Shown: positions 27,295 through 41,525 of the stretch, piece by piece
Numbering within the stretch: the stretch's first letter is position 1
How the letters are laid out: each line of letters begins with the position of its first letter
DNA from: Octopus vulgaris
Lineage: Eukaryota
Reading direction: 5' to 3'
Assembly (NCBI GenBank): GCA_951406725.2
Contig: OX597814.1
Coordinates: 930,001-994,000, forward strand
Length of the DNA: 64,000 nucleotides
Notes under the pieces: generated by a model
Told to the model about the DNA's origin: nothing
The model's database searches: none
Seen by the model: only the letters and a program-made list of their open reading frames with translations
Translations under genes and position numbers: made by a program

Positions 27295-27821
27295 TGGCCA
27301 TGGTGAAAGAATGTGTGTGGTGGACCCGAGCGAAAGGATTAGAGACAAACACTTACCTCTCTGGCCAATCGCTCATCAACTTTTTCAAGTACCACTTGAA
27401 AAGGAAGGTGAGAATGGAGAGGGAAGTTTTGTCTCGCGAAAGATTAAAAAAAAGATGGGTGAATGTTGCAAAGATGGTGCGTGCTAGTAACGAAACCATT
27501 TTGAGCATGATCCTGTAGATCGTAAAAAAGAAAGAAAAAGAGAGCTTTTTGATCTCATGTGGTTATTTCCTCCCTGACTGAGGTTCCCGTGGTCTTTCCT
27601 GTAGGCTTTTCTTCCCACAGATGAACCCAATCTTGTTATATCAATGTTTTTATCATTATTTCTGTGATACACGATTTCCTTTTTTTTCTTTTTTTCCTCC
27701 TCTCGATCCCTTTTGATCGCAATCTTACATTTATTTTCTTTTTTTCCACCCTCGAAAAGAAAAGCTCTGCATTTGTATTTGTCCCCTCTGTATTCAGCCC
27801 TGTGTGGCTAATAAAAGAAAG

Positions 27822-27822
<1 letters not shown>
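27295..27822 (+). mobile_element. Tx1/L1-clade LINE 3' fragment within (TATC)n
   Basis: [11 protein letters not shown]...[15 protein letters not shown]-rich 3' UTR, AATAAA then (TATC)n; homologous to 29209-29692. Confidence 0.75.
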
Positions 27823-27917
<95 letters not shown>

Positions 27918-27929
27918 ATCTATCTATCT

Positions 27930-27981
<52 letters not shown>

Positions 27982-28019
27982 ATATATCTATCTATCTATC
28001 TATCTTTATCTATCTATCT

Positions 28020-28055
<36 letters not shown>

Positions 28056-28056
28056 A

Positions 28057-28105
<49 letters not shown>

Positions 28106-28140
28106 GTCTATCTATCTGTCTGTCTATCTATCTATCTAAC

Positions 28141-29692
28141 TGGTCGACAAGGCACAAACATGCACTGTGTTGGGCAAGAGTATCCATGACAACCTCCATC
28201 TGATGCACTACATCATAGACAGGGTAGTTAAGGAACCTGGCATGGGTGGGGCACTGATCAATTTGGATAAATTGAAAGCTTTCAATAGGGTCAAACTTTG
28301 CAACTTGAAGGCTGTCCTTAGAGCGGCTAGTTTTGGTCCCATCTTCTCTGGTTGGATCGATGCCTTATACAGCAGCATCCTCTTGGTAGTTCACGTTAAT
28401 GGTCATCTGTCCAGACCATTTAACATCATCCGTCAAGGATGCCCTCTCTTGTTGCTTCTGTACATATTGACTCTAGAGCCTCTACTGCAGAAGTTGGTGA
28501 TGCTGAGGGGCGTCCCACGAGAACTGGGATGCGGAAGGAGCATGTCTGCATACACGGATGACATCACTGTGATAGTGGTCAAGCCACACACCTATCGACC
28601 TGGTTGGCAAAACACTAAAAGAATACAAAGCAGTAACGGAAGCGAAAATTAACCGGGAAAAGTCAGTGGGCTTGCGGCTCGGCACCTGGATAAGCAAACC
28701 CATGCTGTCCAACAGTGTCTCCATCATGGGACGCTGGACTGATGGACCAGTTAAATGGAGAAGAACTGGGAAGAGATAATGAGTAGGGTGGCCACTCTCA
28801 TCCAGCAACGGGCCAAGAGGAAGCTATCCATAAAAGGTCGGGCGAAGGTGAAGAATGTGTACATCGCATCCATCATCGATTACCGGCTGACCATCGTGCC
28901 TTGTCCTGACCCTACCATCACCAAACTGGAATGCATACTCTTCCACTTTTTGTGGAAAGGAAGCATTCTGATGGTTAAGCAATCCATTTGCTGTCAACAC
29001 CTGTTAAATGGAGAGCTGGGTATGCCGTGGTTGATGATGCACAGACATGCACTGAGGCTGCAACATCTCTGGCTCTATGTAGACAATGGTGAACAGGTGT
29101 GGTTGCTGTCACGTTTGGAACAAATTTGGTTGTCAGCTGACTCTATCATGAAAATTGCTCTGCCACCTTCTGTCAACCGGGAAGGCAAGGCAGTTTTCAT
29201 CATAGTGGTGGCCATGGTGAAAGAATGTGTGTGGTGGACTCGAGCGAAAGGATTAGAGACAAACACTTACCTCTCTGGCCAATCGCTTATCAACTTTTTC
29301 AAGTACCACTTGAAAAGGAAGGTGAGAATAGAAAGACAAGTTTTATCTCATGAAAGATTCAATAAAAGGTGGGTGAATATAGCAAAGACGGTACACACGG
29401 TACACACGAATGATGAAACCACTTTGAGCATGATCCTGTAAATCCCAAAAAGAGAGAGAGCACTTTGCTCTCATGTGTTTTTCCCTCTCTGCAAGATTTT
29501 TCTGTGGTTCTTTTTGTAGGTTTCTCTTTCCACAGATAAACCTAATCTGTTTTTATATTTTTACTCTGTTCTGTGGTACACAATCCCTTTAGATCGGAAT
29601 TTCTTCCTCCGTTTTTGTTCTTTCAAAAAGGAAAGCTCTACATTCTAATTTGTCCCCTCTGTGTTCGGCCCTGTTTAGCTAATAAAGAAAGA
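28141..29692 (+). mobile_element. Tx1/L1-clade LINE, 5'-truncated and internally deleted RT pseudogene
   Basis: SIHDNLHL, INLDKLKAFNRV, IRQGCPL..LYIL.LEPLL, AYTDD, LSIKGRA, FLWKG, GELGMP; frameshifted; embedded in (TATC)n. Confidence 0.88.
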
Positions 29693-30186
<494 letters not shown>

Positions 30187-30523
30187 GCTTCTTTCAAAAC
30201 ACGGACAGTTGACTCCACAGACATTAGTCATGTCTTGCACTAGACAGATGGAGTTAGTTAATCCTACAGGAATTAGTTATGTCTTGCTCTAAACAGATGT
30301 AGTAAGTCTTTATGCCATAGGCATTAGTTATGTCTCGCTGCAGGCATAACACAATGGTGAATTAATAAAGTCTTACTACTCCTATAAGGCCAGTCAATCG
30401 GTCTTCGGCAGTGGATAGATTAGTTATGTCATGCCCTAGACGGTGGTTCTTAATCCATCTCAATAATCTCATTATTAAAATAGGATTTCACTGGCCGTGG
30501 ACGTTATTGAATGATTGCAGCAT

Positions 30524-30670
30524 GTAGTAGTAGTAGTAGTAGTGGTAGTAGTGGTGGTGGTGGTGGTGGTGGTGGTGGTGGTGGTGGTGGTGGTGGTGGT
30601 GGTGGTAGAAGTAGAAGTGTTGATACTGCAGCTAGTATGTGATACTTCAGTTCCTCATAAGCTGCTGCTG

Positions 30671-30734
<64 letters not shown>

Positions 30735-30865
30735 CACCACCACCACCACTACTACTACTACCACCACCACCACCACTACCACTACTACTGATGTTGGTAC
30801 TGCTGTTGCTGCTGCTACTACTACTACTACTACTACTACTAGTTCTGCTGCTGCTGCTGCTGCTG

Positions 30866-30932
<67 letters not shown>

Positions 30933-31060
30933 CACCACCACCACCACCACCACTACTACTACTACCACCACCACCACCACTACCACTACTACTGATGTTG
31001 GTACTGCTGTTGCTGCTGCTACTACTACTACTACTATTACTACTAGTTCTGCTGCTGCTG

Positions 31061-31108
<48 letters not shown>

Positions 31109-31175
31109 TTACCACCACCACCACCACCACCACAACTACCACTACTACTGCTGCTGCTGCTGCTGCTGCTACTAC
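30524..31175. repeat. (GTA/GTG) and (CTA/CCA/CTG)n compound microsatellite with a ~200-bp internal duplication
   Basis: ACTGATGTTGGTACTGCTGTTGC occurs near 30787 and 30991. Confidence 0.95.
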
Positions 31176-31530
31176 TAGAAAAACGCCGCTGCCGTGGTGA
31201 TCTCATTCTCGCCCACAACATCATAAGCGGGAAGTGTAACCTCTCGAAAGAGCTGTTCTTCACTCCTGCTCCAGAGCGTCGGCTGCGGGGTCATTCCGAA
31301 AAGCTCTATCTGCGACGATTTCATCTCAATCGAAGGAGAGGGGCTTTCTCCGTCCGGGTTTGCGGATCCGTGGAATAAGCTGCCGGACGAGATGGTGAAG
31401 ATGCCGACGACCGCTCGGTTCAAAGTCTCCCTTGACCACAAATGGCCTGAACACCCTCCCTGTACAAAACTCCCTGTCCCCCTACATGGCCTTGCTTTTC
31501 GCTGTTTGAGCCAAAAAATTAAATTAACTT
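31176..31530 (+). mobile_element. CR1-type LINE 3' end, CpG-intact
   Basis: LEKRRCRGDLILAHNIISG...RLRGHSEKL...RRGAFSVRV, then frameshifted WNKLPDEMV...RFKVSLD. Confidence 0.85.
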
Positions 31531-31623
31531 ACTACTACTACTACTACTACTACTACTACCACTACCACTACTACTGGTGCTGCTGCTGTTGCTGTTGCTG
31601 CTGCTGCTACTACTACTACTTGA

Positions 31624-31994
31624 GTGGAGGAGCAATGGCCCAGTGGTTAAGGCAGCGGACTCGCGGTTTCGATTCCCAGACCGGGCGTTGTGAGTGTTGA
31701 TTGAGCGAAAACACCTAAAAAAGCTCCACGAGGCTCCGGCAGGGGATGGTGGTGATCCCTGCTGTACTCTTTCACCACAACTTTCTCTCACTCTTACTTC
31801 CTGTTTCTGTTGTACCTGTACTTCAAAGGGCCGGCCTTGTCACTCTCTGTGTCATGCTGAATATCCCCGAGAGCTACGTTAAGGGTACATGTGTCTGTGG
31901 AGTGCTCAGCCACTTACACATTAATTTCACGAGCAGGCTGTTCCGTTGATTCGGATCAACCAGAACCCTCATCGTCATAACCGACGGAGTGCTT

Positions 31995-31995
<1 letters not shown>
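31624..31995 (+). mobile_element. SINE family D
   Basis: Homologous to 14252-14636. Confidence 0.9.
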
Positions 31996-32026
<31 letters not shown>

Positions 32027-32279
32027 GCTCCTACTGTTACACTATCATCATTATCAGCAGCAATAGCGGTGGTGGTGGTGGTGGTGGTAGTGGTGATGAG
32101 AGAAAGCAGCAGAACAGAAAAAGTTGATGAGATAAATGTGATTGGGATAAAAAAAGGATGGAAATTTATTGGGAGGAGAGAGAGATTGAAATATATATTA
32201 TGTATGTGTATGTGTGTGCTTGTGTGTGTGTGTGAGTGTGTGTGCACGTGTGAGCATGTGCATGCATGCACACACACAT

Positions 32280-32311
<32 letters not shown>

Positions 32312-32360
32312 ATATAGTGAGAGAGAGAAAGAGAGGGAGAAAGGTAAACAGAAAGTGAAG

Positions 32361-32419
<59 letters not shown>

Positions 32420-32825
32420 CTTAGATGATAGTGTTCAGAAGAAGAGAGTGTAGAAGAGAAAGTGGCCTCTCTGAGGTCCAGACAGATGTAGTTGATGTCT
32501 AACAGATATCCAACAGATGTCCAACAGATGATCCAGTTGATGTTTAAATTGAGTTTCTGCAGCTTGATCTCTGTGAGAGGCAAAAAATATAACAAAAAAC
32601 AGAGCGTGTCCCAAACTGTTGAAGTACAGGGGAGAAAGGATTGTATAAAGGGTTTTGTAAGGGATTTGGTTAGACTGGGGAGGCTTAAAGTGCTGTAAGC
32701 TACTCATTAGGTCAGAGGAGGTGGGTATAAGGCCAGATATTTTATTGACCCACAAAGAATGAAAGATAAAGTAAAGCACAGCGGAATTTGAACTTGGGAC
32801 ATCTGTCCAGCATGTTGACAGCTCT

Positions 32826-33081
32826 GAAGAAGAAGAAGAAGAAGAAGAAGAAGAAGAAGAAGAAGAAGAAGAAGAAGAAGAAGAAGAAGAATTGGAAGAA
32901 GGAGGAGGAGGGGAGGAGGAGGGGGTGGGAGGAGGAGGGGGTGGGAGGAGGAGGAGGAGGAGAAGAGGAAGAAGAAGAAGAAGAATTGGAAGAAGAAGAA
33001 GAAGGAGAAGGAGAAGGAGAAGAAGAAGAAGAAGAAGAAGGAGGAGGAGGAGAAGAAGAAGAAGAAGAAGAAGAAGAAGAA

Positions 33082-33113
<32 letters not shown>

Positions 33114-33357
33114 AGGAGGAGGAAGAAGAAGAAGAAGAAGGAGGAGGAGGAGGAGAAAAGAAGAAGAAGGAGAAGAAGAAGGAGGAGGAGGAGGAAGAAG
33201 AAGAAGAAGAAGAAGAAGAAGAAGAAGGAGGAGGAGGAGGAAGAAGAAGAAGAAGAAGAAGAAGAAGAAGAAGGAGGAGGCGGAGGAGGAAGAAGAAGAA
33301 GAAGAAGAAGAAGAAGGAGGAGGAGGAAGAAGAAGAAGAAGAAGAAGAAGAGGAAGG
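32826..33357. repeat. (GAA/GGA)n polypurine tract
   Basis: Direct reading; a similar tract lies at 34439-34863. Confidence 0.97.
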
Positions 33358-33631
33358 GATGTTCATGCCTGGATTGTCTTTAAAGTCCGTTTGATCTGGA
33401 CTGACTGACATGAGACTTAACAACTTCAATCCGTATCAATCAGTCGAGAACCAAATTACGTTGTAAGGAGCACAGAGTTGTCTCCCTTTACCTTCTCTCT
33501 CTATTTCTCTCTCTCTCTCTTTTGATAATTTTCATAAGATTTTGAGAACATTTTCTGCATTTTGTTGTATTTGAGAGGAGGTTGGAAATAATGTCCACGG
33601 CATTACATTGTAGCAAGGATATTAGTTATTA

Positions 33632-34182
33632 GCCAAATGATATTAGCCAAATGTGTGGTGCCAAATGAGCGGGGCCAAATGAGTGGTGCCAAATGAGTGA
33701 TGCCAAATGAGTAGTGCCAAATGAGTGATGCCAAATGAGTGACACGAAATGAGTGGTGCCAAATGAGTGGTGCCAAATGAGTGGTGCCAAATGAGTGGTG
33801 CCAAATGAGTGGTGCCAAATGAGTGGTGCCAAATGAGTAGTACAAAATGAGTGGTGCCAAATGAGTGACGCCAAATGAGTGGCGCCAAATGAGTAGTGCC
33901 AAATGAGTAGTGCCAAATGAGTGGTGCCAAATGAGCGGCGACAAATGAGTGGTGCCTAATGAGTGTATTCAAATGAGTGGTGCCAAATGAGTGATGCCAA
34001 ATGAGTGGTGCCAAATGAGTGGTGCCAAATGAGTGGGGCCAAATGAGTGGTGCCAAATGAGTGGTGCCAAAGGAGTGTAGCCAAATGAGCAGCGCCAAAT
34101 GAGTGGTGCCAAATGAGTGGTGCCAAAACAGCTGAGCCAGATGACCCTTACCAAAACAGCTGAGCCAAAATGTGTCTTCCCC
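33632..34182. repeat. 14-bp minisatellite GCCAAATGAGTGGT (~35 units)
   Basis: Head-to-tail units with point variants and no unique spacers. Confidence 0.95.
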
Positions 34183-34929
34183 ACGTGGCTGTGTATTTAA
34201 GAAGTCTGTCAGTGCAACTAAACAGATGGAAACTGTACTGAAACCTATCAGTGGATAAATTTAATAGGATACTTAATCTGTTGTTTGGATTAGCAACAGT
34301 GTAAATGTTTGGTGTGTTTAGTAGGGCCTTGTTTTTGGTGGGGCATTAAGGTCTCCAGTCTAAAGATGACCTTCTCTTGAGAGACCTTGAGAAAGAACAT
34401 AACTAGTACTGTACTTCATCTGAGTAAAAGCTATCAGGGAAGAAGAAGAAGAAGAAGAAGAAGAAGAAGAAGAAGAAGAAGAAGAAGAAGAAGAAGAAGA
34501 AGAAGAAGAAGAAGAAGAAGAAGAAGAAGAAGAAGAAGAAGAAGAGGAAGGAGAAGAAGAAGAAGAAGAAGAAGAAGAGGAAGGAGAAGAAGAAGAAGGA
34601 GAGGAAGGAGAAGAAGAAGAAGAAGAAGAAGAAGAAGAAGAAGAAGAAGAGAAGAAGAAGAAGAAGAAGAAGAAGAAGAAGAAGAAGAAGAAGAAGAAGA
34701 AGAAGAAGAAGAAGAAGAAGAAGAAGAAGAAGAGGAAGGAGAAGAAGAAGAAGAAGAAGAAGAAGAGGAAGGAGAAGAAGAAGAAGGAGAGGGAGAGAAG
34801 AAGAAGAAGAAGAAGAAGAAGAAGAAGAAGAGGAAGGAGAAGAAGAGGAAGGAGAAGAAGAGGAGTAGAAACTATGTTGAAATAGTCTTCAGGAATGCTT
34901 CAATGGCTTAATGGATTATGAGAACCATT

Positions 34930-35810
34930 ACCACCACCACCACCACCACCACCACCACCACCACCACCACCACCACACCACCACCACCACCACCACCACC
35001 ACCTCCACTACTACTACTACCATAACTGTCATCATCATTACCACTATTACCATAGTTACACTCGCCACCACCACCACCACCACCACAACAACAACACCAC
35101 CACCACTGCCACTACCATTACCACCACTACCACCACCACCACCACCATTACCACCACCCTCACCACCACCACCACCACCACCATTACCACCACCCTCACC
35201 ACCACCACCACCACCACCACCACCACCACTGCTGCCACCACCACCTCCACCACCACCACCACCACCACCCTCACCACTGCTGCCACCACCACCACCCTCA
35301 CCACTGCTGCCACCACCACCACCACCACCACCACCACCACCACCACCACCACCACCACCACCACCACCACCACCGCCCTCACCACCACCACCACCACCAC
35401 CACCACCACCACCACCACCACCACCCTCACCACCACCACCACCACCACCACCACCCTCACCACCACCACCACCACCCTCACCACCACCACCACCACCACC
35501 ACCACCACCACCACCACCACCACCACCACCACCACCATTACCACCACCCTCACCACCACCACCACCACCACCACCACCACCACCACCACCACCACCACCA
35601 CCACCACCACCACCACCACCACCACCACCACCACCACCACCACCACCACCACCACCATCACCACCCTCACCACCACCACCACCACCACCACCACCACCAC
35701 CACCACCACCACCACCACCACCACCACCACCACCACCACCACCACCACCACCACCACCACCACCACCACCACCACCACCACCACCACCACCCTCACCACT
35801 GCCGCCACCC
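34930..35810. repeat. (CCA)n microsatellite
   Basis: Direct reading; source of the poly-P/G/V ORFs. Confidence 0.97.
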
Positions 35811-36198
35811 TTATTATTCCAGTCTACCCCCACTGCTGCATTTTAATCAATCTCACTCTCAATTCTATTCTTAACATCTCTCAGGTTACATAATACAAAT
35901 CATATTTTTAGACTCCTCGACATTAACATTAAACATGTTGTTGATGTTGGTGTTGTTAAGTGGTGATGGGCGAGGGGAAGATGTCTAATAAACACAGAGA
36001 TTTACTTGTGTAAATAATGTCGATAACAATAATTTCTAGAATAATGTCGTAATGTCAGTTGTGTGTTCAGCTCCTGAAAAAACAAGGTAAGCTTCTTCAA
36101 AAGCAGTCACTGAAATCAAAGAAGAATAACCGGTATTTCAGAAAGAGAGAGAAAGGTGGAAAGTATTGTGTTGGGGTGAGGGATAGTTTAGCTGTTAT

Positions 36199-36632
36199 GG
36201 ATCTTTTCGGTTTGAACGGCAGATTTTAACATAATTTCTAGGTAACTAAAAAATTTTAAACTTCGTATACTGGTAGAATGTGTTTATAAAACATCTTTTT
36301 TCTCTTGGCTTTATTGAGAAAATTCTATAGTTTGTAAGATATTTGTTTTTTTTTCTTCAATTTCTGCAATTTCAACCAATCACTGATGTCTATTGAGGTA
36401 CAAAACATTCTGTGCCGTATGAATATGTCCCTTGTTTAAGAAACAGATTGGGTTTATTTACATTTGGGAAGAAAAAAAAAGATACCCTTCCCCCCACCTC
36501 TTACCCTAACCCTAACTAACCCTAACCCTAAAATAGATTGAAATGAAATAGATCGATACTAGGGTCATAATTATGGGTGACAATTTCCTATGACACCGCT
36601 AGAAAAAACTGCCATTCAAACCGAAAAGATCC
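36199..36632. mobile_element. Merlin-like MITE with internal TAACCC repeats
   Basis: 24-bp TIR GGATCTTTTCGGTTTGAA(C/T)GGCAG and a perfect 8-bp TSD GCTGTTAT (36191-36198, 36633-36640). GG termini with an 8-bp TSD fit Merlin. Confidence 0.85.
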
Positions 36633-38238
36633 GCTGTTATTTCTAACAGGGTAAGCAACCACTTAGAGGTTTCCTTGTTGGATGAAAACTACATCTTAAA
36701 TATGGGGTATATTTTACTGGTACTTGTGCTGGTGGCACGTGAAAAAAAACATTCAAGTGAGGTCGTTGCTAGTGCCGCTGGACTGGCTTCTGTGCAGGTG
36801 GCACATAAAAAGCACCATTTGAGCGTGGCCACTGCCAGTACCGCCTGACTGGCCCTCGTGCTGGTGGCATGTAAAAGCACCCACTACACTCTCGGAATGG
36901 TTGGTGTTAGGAAGGGCATCCAGCTGTAGAAACTCTGCTAGATCAAGATTGGAGCCTGGTGCAGTCAACTGGTTTGCCAGACCTCAGTCATATTGTCCAA
37001 CCCATGCTAGCATGGAAAGCGGACATTAAACGATGATGATGATGATGAATGGGAAGCTGACCAGGTGGAGAGAGAGCATGTCATTGAAGAGGTCAGGATT
37101 GGTGGTGAAAGGACTTTGGTAAACGCAATTGGTTGACATTTTAAAGTTTATCTCTACATAATTTAGAGCCTGCACTGAAAGTTATAACATTTCGTATGTG
37201 AATACGTCTATGTAAACAGTGTGAACAAAATTAGAAAAACAAGTGATGGGTGTATATGCATATTTCAAGGGTTATTGCCCTTTCATCAGAACCACATCCA
37301 ACACATCAATTACCCATGAGCGCATTGCTTAAATAGTCACTAAGTTTAGTGGTGTAACACTACTAGTTAGATCAATTTACATATTAAACACATTCCTGGC
37401 AGTTGGCCGATAAATATTACTTGCTAGCCAGGACATACTGTTTTGTTTTGCTACCATAATAGACTTCACTTCACTTCGTAGTATATTACAGATGCAAAAC
37501 GAAATATTGTGCCATTGCTAGCAACTAATATATGATTGAGCAATTAACTGAATAATTAATCACTCAATCAATTAGTTAATCGGTTAATTGGTTAAATAAT
37601 TAGGCACAGGTATGGCTGTGTGGTTCAGTCCCACTGTGTGACACCTTGGGCAAGTGTCTTCTACTATAGCCACGAGCCGACCAAAGTCTTGTGAGTGGAT
37701 TTGGTAGATGGAAACTACCGAGGTTGACTTTGCTTTTCATCCTTTTGGGGTTGATAAATTAAGTACCAGTTGCATACTGGGGTCAATCTAATTGGTTGGC
37801 CCCCTCCCACAAAATTTCGGGCCTTGTGGCTAGAGTAGAAAAGAATATTAGACTATTTTCTTTACTCAAAACACAATTTTTGTTTATTATCTTAAAGCTT
37901 ATAAAATATTATTATTCTTCACAGAATTGTAAAAATCGGCACCATTTACCAAACCATCACAAATTATAAATGATATTGAAAGAAAGGCTTTTGTGTTTTA
38001 GCAGGACATGAAAATATATAAACTTCATATTTCAATATCACCCTTCATTTTTCAATGGAATCCTTTCATAGTTGATCATGACCTTTCACATGTGAACAGA
38101 GCATTTATATTTGTAGACGCACACAGAGGACAGTTAACAAAGGGTAGTGAATCAAGTTTGTAGTCAGGAAATGTGGTGGTGGTAGTGGTGAGAGTACATA
38201 CATGTCTGAGGGAGATATATTTGTCACAAATGTGTTCT

Positions 38239-38385
38239 AGGAGTGTGGTAAGTAGCTTGCTTACTAACCACATAATTCCGGGTTCAGTTCCACTGCGTAG
38301 CACTGTGGGCAAGTGTCTTCTACTATAGCCTCGGGCCAACCAAAGCCTTGTGAGTGGATTTGGAAACTGAAAGAAGCCCATCGTA

Positions 38386-38428
<43 letters not shown>

Positions 38429-38653
38429 ATGTGTGTATACGTTTGTGTGTCTGTGTTTGTCCTCCCAACATCGCTTGACAACCGATGTTGCTGTGTTTAT
38501 GTCCCCGTAAATTAGCGGTTCAGGAAAAGAGACTGATAGAATAAGTACAAGGCTTACAAAGAATAAGTCCTGGGATTGATTTGCTCGACTAAAGGCGGTG
38601 CTCCAGCATGGCCACAGTCAAATGACTGAAATGAGTAAAAGAGTAAAAGAGTA
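38239..38653 (+). mobile_element. SINE family A
   Basis: Same head, body and tail as 15368-15778. Confidence 0.9.
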
Positions 38654-39834
38654 ATTCCTAGAAAAACAAAGGCAAAAATGTTGAAAGAGGCAAAAGAAAA
38701 TACGACAAATATAATTAAAAAATAATTGTAATTAGAACTTCTGTAATGCTGTTATTCAAAGTGGAGGGTGTTTGGCCAGGTACATAAGGTGTTGTACTTG
38801 TGATTGCAAGATTGTGGTTTCAATTCCTGGATCAGGTGGTGCATGGTGCTCTTCATCAAAAAATGTATCCCATGCTGCTTCAGTCCATTCAGGAATAAAT
38901 GATTAACTCTGCAGAGGACTGGCGTCCCATCCAGGGGGAATGCTATGCTCTCAGTCAGTCACTTATAAAGCTTGGAAACTGGGAGATTGGCTCAGTGAGT
39001 CCCAGGGCTCAAAGCAGTAGAGTCTTGGAGATCCTGATGTTGATGTGGACGACGACAACGACAACAACAATGATGATGATAATGATGGTGACGACGATGA
39101 TGATGTTGATGACGACGACGATGGTGATGGTGATGATGATGATGATGATGATACTCAAAGAGTCAAAGACACTGATCTAAATATGGAAACTGTTTTGTCA
39201 CAGAAATAATGGTTTCAAATTTCAGTGCAAGGCCAGCAGTTTTAAGGAGATTGTGAGTGGTGGTGATAGTAGTGGTGGTAGTGTATTACATCAACCCCAG
39301 TATACGACTGGTACTTTGCTTTATTGACCCTGAACGTATGAGAAGCAAAGTTAATTGTGGCAGGATGTAGAAGGTCAGACGAAATGCTGCTGAACAGGTT
39401 TTCCGGAGTGTTAACGATTCTGTCATCTTTCCACGTTTAGCATCCAAGAAATAATGCAGTAGAAAATTGGAAAGGAAATTCCACGTGTGCACTGCTTCAG
39501 TAATTAGTTGTTGAAGTTAATGCAATAAAAGAGATCAGAAGTGAGGAATTGTTGCTTTTTCCATGGAACGCACAAAGTTATTTATAACTTTCTTCACAGA
39601 CCAAAGTTATTGACTGCCGGCAGAGAGATAAATTTGAAGAGTTTATTGGAATAATGGTGGATAGGACATCTAGCAACTGTTAGTGCAATACTTTTCAATC
39701 AGAAACACAGTGCAAGAATTTCAGGGTGCAGGAAACCACAGTTCAATGGTATTTGAAACTGAAAAATTTATTGTAATTACCGTTTTCCTTGAAGGTTTCC
39801 TGTAGCTTCTTGATATACCAAATAAACTGTTACA

Positions 39835-40367
39835 ACATCATGATTGCAATTTCAACATCAAAATAAATATCAAATGGAAATTATAGTTATGATACCTGTG
39901 CCGGCGGCACGTAATGAGCACCATCCGAATGTGGCCGAAGCCAGCGCTGCCTTGACTGGCTTCTTTGCAGGTGGCACGTGACCTGCTGTGCTTGAGGAGA
40001 CCTATTGAGTCAAGTACATCAACATCAAAATAAATATCAAAGGGAAATTGTAGTTGTGATACCTGTGCCGGCGGCATGTAAAAAGCACCATCCGAACGTG
40101 GCTGATGCCAGTGCCACCTTGACTGGCTTCTGTGCCGGTGGCATGTAAAAAGCACCAACTGATCATGGCCGCTGTCAGCCTCCACTGGCACCCACTACAC
40201 TCTCGGAGTGGTCGGCGTTAGGAAGGGCATCCAGCTGTAGAAACACTGCCAGATCAGATTGGAGCCTGGTGCAGCCTCCTGGCTTCCCAGACCCCGGTTG
40301 AACCGCCAACCCATGCTAGCACGGAAAACAGATGTTAAACGATGATGATGATGATGATGATGATGAT
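39835..40367 (+). mobile_element. family B retroposon, long variant
   Basis: Contains GCTGTGCTTGAGGAGACC, minisatellite units and a (GAT)n tail. Confidence 0.85.
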
Positions 40368-40561
40368 TCTGTCTTATAAATGCTGTATTAAGTATTTAGA
40401 AAGAAATGAAAATAATTGAAGGAAAATTAAAGAGTTTCATGTGTCAGGCTAAGACATTCAATTGATAAAGATGGTTGTTCTATTCTTCAACAGCCGCACA
40501 AAGTTCCAGAACATCATATACAAATCATCAGAATTAATGTCAATGCCAGGGCAGTTATTAA

Positions 40562-40961
40562 TCTTTATATATAAAGCTGAAGTTGTCTGTGTACGGCAGG
40601 TTTGGTAGCCTTCATCTAACACTATCTCCTCCGAGACCCTGCAGCACAAGTTGACCAAAATTGAGAGTATGATAGAAGATGGCTTGCTCTTCCTTCCGTA
40701 GAAGAAAAAAATTCAAATCAGACCATGTTAACACCAAAAATTATTTACATCAAAAAGGTGCTTTTTTTTTTCTATGAAAATACCTATTTTTTACGGTCTT
40801 TTGACTGCTGTGTCGCCATTTTTTGGTGTATTTCAACCAGAACAATGTTCACTTAAAGAGAATAACAAGCTACATAATGCAAACTTTTTACTTTCCAAAA
40901 ATTCCAATTCTAAAGGGTCGAAAAGAAAACAAACCCGAGCAACGCCGGGCGATACTGCTAG
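40562..40961 (+). mobile_element. non-autonomous Helitron
   Basis: A|TC...CCCGAGCAACGCCGGG...CTAG|T. Confidence 0.9.
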
Positions 40962-41400
40962 TCATATATCCAATTGTATTTCTGATAACTACATTGGAAA
41001 ACTCCAAAGACACTTTAAAGAATTCAATGCAAAGATATTAGCAGCAATAGAAGCACTGTCTCCTGAATCAGATACATTCTCAGAAGTTTCAAATAAATCT
41101 TGTCTTTCTGAACTCATTAACCTAAACTATTTGGACAGTTCGTTTCACAATGAACTAAGCAATGTCAAAAGTCATATTTTAGAAACCATAATTTCAGAGA
41201 AAACTGTCAGATATTTGTCCTTCACTTTATCCATTCCAGTCTACTTTAACAGACATCTTCAAACTCGACACAGCATCCTCCATATTCACTGCCAGCAATG
41301 CTTTTTCTGATGCATCCATCTGTTTCTGCTGTTACTCATATATTCTTAGGCTCACTGTTCTCAAATGCAGCAACGAAACAGCAATCTCATTAGATTTGTC
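40962..41400 (+). pseudogene. possible decayed hAT transposase C-terminus
   Basis: DNYIGKLQRHFKEFNAKILAAIEALSPES resembles the hAT 'LD.L..RF....L..L.P' segment; weak. Confidence 0.35.
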
Positions 41401-41525
41401 TTCACGGATAACTGCACAACGAAATGGAGCAATCCAATGATACAAAGCCTAAATGGTCGAAATTAAAACTTTCAATTAAGATTTGATGTTCATTTATATT
41501 TCAAATGTCATCTTAATAATGGTGA

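Noticed and set aside
33632-34182. CRISPR-like array
   Set aside because: Units are contiguous 14-mers with no unique spacers, there are no cas genes, and the context is eukaryotic.
32707-35846. Poly-R/E/K/P/G ORFs
   Set aside because: Translations of GAA/GGA/CCA microsatellites, open in several frames and on both strands.
36502-36530. True telomere or chromosome fusion site
   Set aside because: Only a few TAACCC units, located inside a TSD-flanked MITE.
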